A DNA stretch of 20,000 nt, taken from IMG/VR virus record IMGVR_UViG_3300021964_000043; one strand, given 5' to 3'. Made by a program: the position numbers and the translations under genes. Origin of the DNA: an uncultured virus (IMG/VR IMGVR_UViG_3300021964_000043) (Duplodnaviria; Heunggongvirae; Uroviricota; Caudoviricetes). The notes beneath the pieces were generated by a model. The model was given only the letters and a program-made list of their open reading frames with translations. It made no database searches and was not told the DNA's origin. Below, piece by piece: positions 1 through 6,919 of this stretch. The first letter of the stretch is position 1; each line of letters begins with the position of its first letter.

Positions 1-72
1 CCATCAGGGTTTGGTAATAGTTGGATGGATGAAAGCAGTGCACAGTAACTTAAAGTTACGGTGGCTGAGAAT

Positions 73-103
73 AAAAAAAGGGAGGGCCGAAACCCTCCCT
101 TTT
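73..103 (-). terminator. Rho-independent terminator after gp32 (possibly bidirectional)
   Basis: Minus strand AAAAGGGAGGGT-TTCG-GCCCTCCCTTTTTTT: GC-rich stem, UUCG loop and U-run directly after the gp32 stop. A short T-run also follows the stem on the + strand. Confidence 0.9.
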
Positions 104-105
104 CC

Positions 106-1026
106 TTAGGCCTGTTGGGCCAATTTAGCGAAGTAGCTCATGGTGTCGTCTTCTTCACCATTGTTATCTGAGCTAGCTCGCTCCTGAATCGATGGTTGAT
201 CCCGCTCTGGAAAGGAAGGAATTGGAGCAGTTTCATCCAAGGATACAGATTCTGCGGTACTCATTGGAGTACCATCCTCACCGAGAACTCTTGCAAGCTT
301 TGCTTTAAGCTCGGCATAGGACTTGTAGTTTTTAGGATCGAGGAATTCCTGCAAACTATAGAGGGTATTATAAACACCTTCTAGTTTAGTATCATCACCA
401 TCATGCAGTGCAGCTGGTGACGCAAACTCCGATTTATCATAATTGCGATAACCTTCAACTTGACGAATCTTGAGTTTGAAGTCCGCACCCTCCCAGAAGT
501 CAAATGGATTTACTGGGTTCTCATCTTGAAACTGAGGCTGCATCAAATCCATAATCTTATCAAAGATCTTCTTACCAAACTTATAAAGGAATACCTTACC
601 TTCATTTGCTGGATTAGACGGATCAGAAACCACCATAACGTTAGTGACATAATGAAGACGACGCTTACGATCTCTCGCAATAGCCTTATCTTCGTCACGG
701 CCAGAGTTCCATAACACAGAGTTCATTTCACCTACCGGATCAGGCTGACCAATAGAGGTCAAGCTATTCTCGATATACCAAAGTCCAGTTGGACCTTTGA
801 ACCCATGATCCCAATAACGAACCCACGGCAGATCCTCGCCCGCGGGTGCTGGAAGAAAGCGGAGTACTGCATAACCATTACCGGCTTTATCAACCGTTGG
901 TTTCCAGAACCGCTCGTCGGCATACGATTTCTTTTCTTGGTTTCCACCACCACCGATAGACTCAGCAGCTGAAACTAGATTGGCGATATCGTTTGCACGA
1001 TTTTGTTTAAGAGCGCTAAATGACAT
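106..1026 (-). CDS. gp32: T4-like single-stranded DNA-binding protein
   Basis: Motifs DERFWKPTVDKAGNGYAVLRFLPAP, WYIENSLTSIGQPDPV, FGKKIFDKI, FDFWEGADFKLKIRQVEGYRNYDKSEF; acidic tail ending DDTMSYFAKLAQQA; SD AAGGAG. Confidence 0.97.
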   Translation of the reverse strand: MSFSALKQNRANDIANLVSAAESIGGGGNQEKKSYADERFWKPTVDKAGNGYAVLRFLPAPAGEDLPWVRYWDHGFKGPTGLWYIENSLTSIGQPDPVGEMNSVLWNSGRDEDKAIARDRKRRLHYVTNVMVVSDPSNPANEGKVFLYKFGKKIFDKIMDLMQPQFQDENPVNPFDFWEGADFKLKIRQVEGYRNYDKSEFASPAALHDGDDTKLEGVYNTLYSLQEFLDPKNYKSYAELKAKLARVLGEDGTPMSTAESVSLDETAPIPSFPERDQPSIQERASSDNNGEEDDTMSYFAKLAQQA

Positions 1027-1093
1027 ATGTATATTCTCCTTGTATTTGCGTATTAGCTGAATTATCCACTTTATTCATTATATAAGTCCTTAT

Positions 1094-1122
1094 ATTATAA
1101 CACATTTTTCTCACTTTGTAAA
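1094..1122 (-). promoter_or_regulatory. Early (sigma70-type) phage promoter for gp32
   Basis: TTTACA (1122-1117) N17 TATAAT (1099-1094), with TGTGT just before the -10; matches five other copies in the window. Confidence 0.8.
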
Positions 1123-1698
1123 TACCTTAGTTACAATATTTGCAAATTTTTTTCTGTCAAAATTAACAAATGTGCTATACTTTCGTATTTTTCGAGATAT
1201 ATCCGGCCATAGGATAGTCTCAGTAATTTGTTTGTTTGCCTTTCTCATAAAGCCAGTAAGCTTATCGAGTATGACCACAGTCTCCAAACAAATGTTTCCA
1301 CTCACATATTCTTTGACAATAAATGGATGAGTGTCTATACTAAACAGATCTTCAAATGACTCTATCTGCTCAGCGAGTTTATTTATATCCTGTTCAAAGG
1401 TGTATGACAGAGACTGATTTCTTTTTTGCCATTCAATGTAGTTATCATCTTCAATCATCATATCACCAACCCATTTTTGGTCCATAATAAACTGAGAGAC
1501 ATAGTAGTTAATTAACTCCGGTGGCTTCTCATATTTACGACCAAGTCGAGCAAAATGAAATTTGTCTTTCCTTTTCCAGAATGATTGTGGTTTAGCCGAG
1601 GTCTTAAAGTTATATTTTATCGCATCATAAGACTCACTCTCAAAGTGGAGCTTGATTGCTAGATAATAACTATAAGCCTCAAATGGTTCCATAAGCAT
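1111..1698 (-). CDS. gp59: T4-like helicase loader
   Basis: FEAYSYYLAIKLHF..YDAIKYN.K...F.KRKDKFHFARL and ICLETVVILD motifs; canonical 33-59-32 order. Start moved to ATG 1698 (AAGGA SD, 7-nt spacing). Confidence 0.9.
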   Translation of the reverse strand: MLMEPFEAYSYYLAIKLHFESESYDAIKYNFKTSAKPQSFWKRKDKFHFARLGRKYEKPPELINYYVSQFIMDQKWVGDMMIEDDNYIEWQKRNQSLSYTFEQDINKLAEQIESFEDLFSIDTHPFIVKEYVSGNICLETVVILDKLTGFMRKANKQITETILWPDISRKIRKYSTFVNFDRKKFANIVTKVFTK

Positions 1699-1727
1699 CT
1701 CATATTCCTTGATCTGATTGAGCTCGT

Positions 1728-1961
1728 TCAAAGTGGTAAAGTATTCCCACCATTATTAACAATCAGATTTAATTCAATAGCCTCAGCCTCTATCTTTTCC
1801 TTGAGGACTGGACCAATAAGGTTACCAATATCAATAGGGTCAAGGTCACGTTCTTCACAGATTCTAAGTACTGCATCCATATATGGCATCTTAGTTTCAG
1901 TTACTTTATCCTCAACTAATTTTGAGAATCGCTTTTTTGTTAGAATAATTTGTTCAATCAT
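1728..1961 (-). CDS. gp33: Late-promoter transcription co-activator
   Basis: FSKLVE...YMDAVLRICEE..IGNLIGPVLKEKIEAEAIELNL...TLPL; immediately upstream of gp59; ATGA overlap with the hydrolase stop gives start 1961. Confidence 0.9.
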   Translation of the reverse strand: MIEQIILTKKRFSKLVEDKVTETKMPYMDAVLRICEERDLDPIDIGNLIGPVLKEKIEAEAIELNLIVNNGGNTLPL

Positions 1962-2488
1962 TGTATTTCCCACCTATAAAAGATGTGGTCACCAATAGTG
2001 ACTGTTTGTGTTTTAGTTGATGCCCATTCAGGCGAAACATAATAAGCATGGTAATGCGTTGCACCATCTGTAATATCATTGCCTTCATCTGCATAGAATA
2101 TTTTGAAGGCCATTGCGGTAATAAGTGAATATAGATCTTCATCAGCTGATGGTATTTCATCTGATTTACCATCGCAATACCATGAGAACTGACAACGATT
2201 TTTTACTGGGTAGTATGTTCCTTTAGTTTTCCAGCTTTCTCTTACTGGTCCTTGTTCAACTACCTCGCAGACTGAATAAGGAAATCTGTCATCAGATACT
2301 CTATTCATAGTAACATATCCAACGGCCAACATTCCTTTTACTGACTGATTTCTAGCTTCCCAATACATATTGTCAGCTAAACAAGTGATTTGATTTTTAT
2401 CGTGTTCAAGATCTAGATTAGGTGGAGTCTCCAACATAGGAGACTCACCAAACATTAAACTAAAGGCGGTAACAGCTTCTTTAATCAT
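1958..2488 (-). CDS. Cell wall hydrolase, SleB/Hydrolase_2 family
   Basis: CLADNMYWEARNQ..GMLAVGYVTMNRV.DDRFPYSVCEVV, CQFSWYCDG, DITDGATHYHA, IGDHIFY. Confidence 0.92.
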   Translation of the reverse strand: MIKEAVTAFSLMFGESPMLETPPNLDLEHDKNQITCLADNMYWEARNQSVKGMLAVGYVTMNRVSDDRFPYSVCEVVEQGPVRESWKTKGTYYPVKNRCQFSWYCDGKSDEIPSADEDLYSLITAMAFKIFYADEGNDITDGATHYHAYYVSPEWASTKTQTVTIGDHIFYRWEIQ

Positions 2489-3624
2489 TTTAGGCCTACC
2501 TTAATAAGAATAGTGTCCTTATTGATTCGAGCATTAGTCGTTCCGGTCTTAGTGGTAAGTGATTCCCAAGCCTTATCAACTTGTTTCACTGTACCACTAA
2601 GAACCTTTGGAAGGAACTCATCAGGCTTACGCAATTTGATTTTACGTGAACTCTCAAGGTCTACATTTTTGACTGTAGATCCACTCACCTCAAATCCATT
2701 TGGAGAACTAGAGAGAAGTTCAGTAAAATCTTTATTCTTGACGTTGAAGGTGTATAACCTAATAGCGCCAGGAATAGTAAGAGGATCGATTGAGGTGATC
2801 TTATAGTTCTTATCCTCTTTTAGGTATTGCAATTTAGAGACTTGCTTATCTGCAGTCTTTACCTTTGGTGCACGTGTTTTACGTGTAGCTTTGGCTGAAG
2901 CTTTGATCTTATCAAGATCCATAAGCATTTCTTCACACGTCTTCATAACTTTACGAAGCTGTGGTCTTGTCATGTGTGAAAAGCCTTCAACAGCCTGATC
3001 ACAACGTTTATGGTAAGCATCAGAATAATCAAGATGCCAACCTTCAACAGTTTTACGAACCATATCGACGGCAGAACCACTTAGTCCATGAGCTTTAAAT
3101 CGATTATAAAGATCTATTGAAGCACCATAATCGCCTTCAATCCATTTATCTTCTACTTCATCTAGCTCAGTCATAATAGTGCTGTTGATTTTGCGAATAA
3201 GTCTTTGTTGTGGTGTAAGTATAATCACATTAGACTTTTGTTTTTCAGCCTGAGTTTTCTCTTTTAGAATTTGTTTGCCAGAATTGATAAGGTCATCAAA
3301 TTTCTTTTTAGCGCATGTAGCGTATCCAGAATATTTTTGATCTAGGTCATCCCAGTTTTTACCAGCATCAGTCCATGCAATCGCAGCAGCGACATGAGAG
3401 TGAGCAGTAAAGTTCCATTCAGGGTTAGCCAATATTGCTTTAGCATCAGCTTTCGAATAATTCTTTTTGACCCAATTTTTACAAATAGCTGAGTACTCTT
3501 TTTTATCTACTTCGATATGAAAGTAAGAAGAGAACGCAAGCCAACTTGTCATTGGAGCTGCTGCAACGCCTGTTCTGGCGCGAGCGCGAATAGTCTTTTT
3601 ACGTGTTCTTTTAGGTATTGCCAT
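2485..3624 (-). CDS. Conserved hypothetical phage protein (379 aa, basic N-terminus)
   Basis: Long ORF with its own early promoter and AAGGA SD; ATGA-type coupling to the hydrolase gene; no catalytic motif recognised. Confidence 0.85.
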   Translation of the reverse strand: MAIPKRTRKKTIRARARTGVAAAPMTSWLAFSSYFHIEVDKKEYSAICKNWVKKNYSKADAKAILANPEWNFTAHSHVAAAIAWTDAGKNWDDLDQKYSGYATCAKKKFDDLINSGKQILKEKTQAEKQKSNVIILTPQQRLIRKINSTIMTELDEVEDKWIEGDYGASIDLYNRFKAHGLSGSAVDMVRKTVEGWHLDYSDAYHKRCDQAVEGFSHMTRPQLRKVMKTCEEMLMDLDKIKASAKATRKTRAPKVKTADKQVSKLQYLKEDKNYKITSIDPLTIPGAIRLYTFNVKNKDFTELLSSSPNGFEVSGSTVKNVDLESSRKIKLRKPDEFLPKVLSGTVKQVDKAWESLTTKTGTTNARINKDTILIKVGLK

Positions 3625-3657
3625 AGTGTTTTCCTTCCTTTTCCATTTGATAGATAT

Positions 3658-3686
3658 ATTCTATCACACTTTTGACCAATTGTAAA
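3658..3686 (-). promoter_or_regulatory. Early phage promoter
   Basis: TTTACA (3686-3681) N17 TAGAAT (3663-3658), TGTGA before the -10, followed by leader AAATGGAAAAGGAAGGA. Confidence 0.8.
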
Positions 3687-3695
3687 GGATTATTT

Positions 3696-4034
3696 TCAAA
3701 TACTTTCCCAAATTTCATGATCAAGGTAGAGAACAGAGTTAACGCAAATGAAAGCGCTTTTATCATAGCCACCAACTGACCACTGCTTATTCTCTTTGGC
3801 TGGAACGCCAGTGCAATAGTCATATATAGTGGCTTTGACTTTTTTCTCGAAGAAATATTCATCTTCAACATCAAATGTCAACTGCCATTCTACAGAAACT
3901 TTACCACTATCTACATGATTAGTAATAGTTGGCTCGCCAAAAGAATGAACTAGGTCATCATAGCTATAATTTACTACACCTTGATTGCAAGAACCAGTAG
4001 AGTCAAAAGCTTTATTGTCCATCATTTTAATCAT
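3696..4034 (-). CDS. Hypothetical early phage protein (112 aa)
   Basis: ORF with GGAG SD and TAATG coupling to the upstream ORF; sequence SYDDLVHSFGEP...KVSVEW...ATIYDY...WSVGG resembles small conserved phage proteins. Confidence 0.8.
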   Translation of the reverse strand: MIKMMDNKAFDSTGSCNQGVVNYSYDDLVHSFGEPTITNHVDSGKVSVEWQLTFDVEDEYFFEKKVKATIYDYCTGVPAKENKQWSVGGYDKSAFICVNSVLYLDHEIWESI

Positions 4035-4210
4035 TATACAATCTCCGCTTTTTTTAAGACTTGATAAGCTTCAGTAACTTTTTGATTTTCGTTAGCATAA
4101 CCAGCTTCACGAAAACTTTTTTCTATTTCATCGGCTAACCAAGCTACAGTCTGACCGTAGAAATTTTCAGCGCGGTCTTTAAAGACCTTTTTTGCAGTTT
4201 CGAGTTTCAT
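4034..4210 (-). CDS. Small hypothetical protein (58 aa; not in ORF track)
   Basis: Translated by hand: MKLETAKKVFKDRAENFYGQTVAWLADEIEKSFREAGYANENQKVTEAYQVLKKAEIV*; AGGAG SD; TAATG overlaps at both ends. Confidence 0.8.
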   Translation of the reverse strand: MKLETAKKVFKDRAENFYGQTVAWLADEIEKSFREAGYANENQKVTEAYQVLKKAEIV

Positions 4211-4374
4211 TATCTAGCTCCTGATTTATCAGCAATTGACCAAACGCCTAGTACTATACCAAGGATAGCGAACGTAAAGGCTAAACCAAAGTTGTCATTT
4301 TCGTAACCAGTTGGACCATCAATAGCTCCAACAGATAAGATCATACAGACCATAGCTAAAGTAAGTCTAATCAT
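4210..4374 (-). CDS. Small two-helix membrane protein (54 aa; not in ORF track)
   Basis: MIRLTLAMVCMILSVGAIDGPTGYENDNFGLAFTFAILGIVLGVWSIADKSGAR*; TAATG coupling on both sides; two hydrophobic segments. Confidence 0.78.
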   Translation of the reverse strand: MIRLTLAMVCMILSVGAIDGPTGYENDNFGLAFTFAILGIVLGVWSIADKSGAR

Positions 4375-4649
4375 TATTTTACACTCCATCCAAAATTTTC
4401 AACTAAGAAGTCGTTGCCTTTATCTTCAGCAATCGCCATGCAAACAGCTTCACGAACGATTGTATCAAGGTTGTTAAGATACTTAGCAGCAGTTGGGATA
4501 TTAACACCATTGCCATCAACGATGAAGTTATATACAACTTCTACGTCGTTAGCATCTTGCTTGTACATATCAGCCATATCTTCTTGGATTGCCCAATCGC
4601 TTTTGGCTTCGTTCTTGTAGCTTTTGATGAGGTTCTTAAGAGTTTTCAT
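4374..4649 (-). CDS. Hypothetical early protein (91 aa)
   Basis: First ORF after the promoter at 4685-4713; start at ATG 4649 (MKTLKNLIK) after AAGGA SD. Confidence 0.8.
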   Translation of the reverse strand: MKTLKNLIKSYKNEAKSDWAIQEDMADMYKQDANDVEVVYNFIVDGNGVNIPTAAKYLNNLDTIVREAVCMAIAEDKGNDFLVENFGWSVK

Positions 4650-4684
4650 TTTGGACTTCCTTTCCTTTTCCATTTTATAGATAT

Positions 4685-4713
4685 ATTATATCACAATTTT
4701 TTCACTTTGTAAA
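4685..4713 (-). promoter_or_regulatory. Early phage promoter with A-rich UP element
   Basis: TTTACA (4713-4708) N17 TATAAT (4690-4685); poly-A/T tracts upstream. Confidence 0.82.
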
Positions 4714-4774
4714 GGAAAAAGTGAAAAAAAGTTTCCAATGATTACAATCACTTGTAATTTTTTTTGAAAAAAGT

Positions 4775-5044
4775 TTAAGCTGTGTGGCTAAACTTAGTCA
4801 CGCTATCAATCAAAAATGATCGCCATTCGTTCTTATCAATATCAACTACACGCAATGCATTGATAGTTTGATCTACGCCATTCCATTCTTCTGAACCAGT
4901 CTTTGGCATAATACTTTCAGGGATTAGTTCCTGCTTAAGAGTGGCTTGCATAATACGCTCTTCGCCATTCTTTTTAATAAATTTGACTTGGCATACTCCA
5001 TTACGAAGCATATCAAGCATTTCAGATCTACTATAACTAGTCAT
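4775..5044 (-). CDS. WYL_2/DUF2693-like SH3/Sm beta-barrel protein
   Basis: L..GVCQVKFIKKNGEERIMQATL ... VVDIDKNEWRSFLIDSV fits the F.K.dG..R....TL / D.....WRSF pattern of this phage family. Confidence 0.75.
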   Translation of the reverse strand: MTSYSRSEMLDMLRNGVCQVKFIKKNGEERIMQATLKQELIPESIMPKTGSEEWNGVDQTINALRVVDIDKNEWRSFLIDSVTKFSHTA

Positions 5045-5253
5045 TACAAATACTCCACGAATGTTGATTTAGATGGGTTGTGTCTCGTCTCTGACGATCT
5101 AGGAAAATAAGTTAAGATTTCTTTTACTACTCTTACGCAGCGATTTCCTGCAGTGTCATACTCAGCATAATACTTAGTATTGACTTCTTTAACGAGCTCT
5201 CGACGGACTCCATCTTCAAACATATCCAGTTGTGATGTTACTCCATTAGGCAT
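5044..5253 (-). CDS. Hypothetical protein (69 aa)
   Basis: GAGGAGG SD, TAATG overlaps with both neighbours. Confidence 0.75.
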   Translation of the reverse strand: MPNGVTSQLDMFEDGVRRELVKEVNTKYYAEYDTAGNRCVRVVKEILTYFPRSSETRHNPSKSTFVEYL

Positions 5254-5627
5254 TAGTTCCTCCTCATTTTTGCGTAGTCCTCAGCTGAGGACCCTCGTCC
5301 AACTGGGACGATGTTTGATTTATGCATTGTTGCGAGTCCGACGATGTAGTCTCCGGAATAGACGTTTGTTGTTTTTTTCGTTGCGATTGGAACGATACGG
5401 TCCGACGTCGGGATTGACTTATAATCTGGTGTAGACCTGCGATATGACTCTTTGGGCGCATATTCTTTAAACTCCCGTTTTTTTGTTTTAAGTTGAGATG
5501 GATGACAACCCATCTTCATCAGCCAAGCGTCATGCTCAGCTTGAGCTTTTTCCCAACCAGGCTGTCTTCGAGTCTTACGCTTTTTAATATTGAGGGATGA
5601 CATCCCTCTTACAAGATGCATAGTCAT
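5253..5627 (-). CDS. Conserved hypothetical T4-like phage protein
   Basis: C-terminal YSGDYIVGLATMHKSNIVPV motif recalled from T4-like phage hypotheticals; likely start MTMHLVRG at 5627, just after the upstream stop. Confidence 0.75.
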   Translation of the reverse strand: MTMHLVRGMSSLNIKKRKTRRQPGWEKAQAEHDAWLMKMGCHPSQLKTKKREFKEYAPKESYRRSTPDYKSIPTSDRIVPIATKKTTNVYSGDYIVGLATMHKSNIVPVGRGSSAEDYAKMRRN

Positions 5628-5628
5628 A

Positions 5629-5916
5629 TTAGTTCCAATCACTATCATAGTCACGTTGATCAGCTACACGCTCACCATAGTGCTCTTGAAGATATTGTGG
5701 GCCATCAGTCCAATGGTTATGATTTTCATCCATACGAGCAATTTCAGCATCAAACTTTTTAGATGCCTTGCGTGTACGTTCAGTGGTATTTGACCACTTA
5801 CGAGCTTCAACGGCACGCTTATTAGCATGCTTTTGAGCTATTTTTTTGATGAGTTGAGCGCGCTTGGTATATTGAAGATCAGTCATACCAGCAACTTTTG
5901 ATTTGAGAATTTTCAT
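5629..5916 (-). CDS. Hypothetical early protein (95 aa)
   Basis: AAGGAAGGA SD directly after the promoter at 5951-5979. Confidence 0.75.
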   Translation of the reverse strand: MKILKSKVAGMTDLQYTKRAQLIKKIAQKHANKRAVEARKWSNTTERTRKASKKFDAEIARMDENHNHWTDGPQYLQEHYGERVADQRDYDSDWN

Positions 5917-5950
5917 AATATAGTCCTTCCTTTAATTATCTAATGTAAAC

Positions 5951-5979
5951 ATTATATCACACTTTTGCGCGATTGTAAA
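5951..5979 (-). promoter_or_regulatory. Early phage promoter
   Basis: TTTACA (5979-5974) N17 TATAAT (5956-5951), TGTGA before the -10. Confidence 0.82.
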
Positions 5980-5988
5980 GGACTTTTT

Positions 5989-6168
5989 TCACTTTTTTTG
6001 AATTTTTTTTAGTTCATCCAGCTCTTTCTGAGCTGCAACATATTTGTCCATATAGTAATGCTTTTCTTTTTCGAGATCAGCAATCATTTGTTTGTATGTC
6101 TGTTCCATAGTCATAATATCTGGTGTTTGGTCATTTGGCGATTTATATGTTGATGATGGTAACTGCAT
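5989..6168 (-). CDS. Small coiled-coil-like protein (59 aa; not in ORF track) directly downstream of the structured RNA
   Basis: MQLPSSTYKSPNDQTPDIMTMEQTYKQMIADLEKEKHYYMDKYVAAQKELDELKKIQKK*; strong GGAGG SD. Confidence 0.7.
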   Translation of the reverse strand: MQLPSSTYKSPNDQTPDIMTMEQTYKQMIADLEKEKHYYMDKYVAAQKELDELKKIQKK

Positions 6169-6179
6169 ATATCCTCCAT

Positions 6180-6608
6180 TTAGAGAGCCTTTTTGCCTCG
6201 TGCTCAGGAGGGGTCCCTTTCTAGTAGTTATGGTAGGATCTTAGCAAGTCTTACTACATCTATTCGTGTGGCTCCTACCAGCGCACGAATTTGAAACCGG
6301 CCGGGGCTAACCGTGGCCCCGGATGCACTTATTTCGGAGTGACCCGCCTTGAATAAACATTCAAGGTTTTTTTATTAAGCAGAGCCAGCAAATAACCGGG
6401 CTGGTTGCAGTTTGCGTTCCTCAATTTTTATCCTGGACGAACGGACCATTTCCAGTTGAGCCTTTCTTATGAGGGCGCTCTATACGTCTCCCACCAGTGT
6501 CTTAATTTTAGAGTCGTTTACTGGCTTAACCGCGTTATGTCGCTCGACTTTAGTTGGGTACGTTCGGCGTGATTGCCAGGCTTTCCCCGTTTGCCTTTTC
6601 CATTTTAT
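6180..6608 (-). ncRNA. Candidate large structured non-coding RNA (or long structured 5' leader), family unrecognised
   Basis: ~430 nt with no ORF of 60 aa or more, GC-richer than the flanks, dedicated promoter, about 10 hand-identified helices and several loop-loop/pseudoknot complementarities. Confidence 0.7.
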
Positions 6609-6614
6609 GATATT

Positions 6615-6643
6615 ATTATATCACAAAACTTTGTCCTTGTAAA
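6615..6643 (-). promoter_or_regulatory. Early phage promoter driving the non-coding region
   Basis: TTTACA (6643-6638) N17 TATAAT (6620-6615), TGTGA before the -10; no SD-led ORF follows for ~430 nt. Confidence 0.82.
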
Positions 6644-6651
6644 GGACTTTT

Positions 6652-6888
6652 TTAGGCTTTTTTCGAAATATATTCGTAAAACTCAGTAGCCTTTTCGATC
6701 ACTTTATTTGGATTGTACATATCAGGAGTGTACGTTTCAAGTGCCTCCTTTACGTTTTGACCATGTTCTTTTGCTTGATCGACCATCTGATACATCATAT
6801 TCATTTGCATATCATATTGTTGGTCCATCATTTCTTTGGCCATTTTGAGAGTTTCGAGTCTGATCTCGAAGGGATTTTTGTTAGCCAT
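6652..6888 (-). CDS. Conserved small T4-like phage protein (78 aa)
   Basis: NPFEIRLETLKMAKEM...VIEKATEFYEYISKK pattern recalled from T4-like phages; perfect AAGGAGG SD. Confidence 0.85.
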   Translation of the reverse strand: MANKNPFEIRLETLKMAKEMMDQQYDMQMNMMYQMVDQAKEHGQNVKEALETYTPDMYNPNKVIEKATEFYEYISKKA

Positions 6889-6919
6889 AGTAGCCTCCTT
6901 TTTGTGTGTTTGTGTGTTT

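Noticed and set aside
1..48. 3' end of a + strand gene (PSGFGNSWMDESSAQ*)
   Set aside because: Plausible given the bidirectional-looking terminator, but too short to support.
6380..6595. RNase P RNA identity for the orphan RNA (GGGGAAAGCCUGGC ... AACCAGCCCGGUUAU)
   Set aside because: Only loosely resembles GAGGAAAGUCC / ACAGAACCCGGCUUA. The P4 helix would contain a mismatch and no closing P1 helix was found. A cmsearch should settle it.
6405..6597. c-di-GMP-I riboswitch (GGCAAAC...GAAA...ACGCAAA)
   Set aside because: The motif halves are ~170 nt apart instead of flanking one short hairpin, and the P3/receptor arm was not recognised.
6550..6603. 17-aa ORF MEKANGESLAITPNVPN at the start of the non-coding region
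   Set aside because: No SD; the AUG is part of the leader cassette shared with other promoters.
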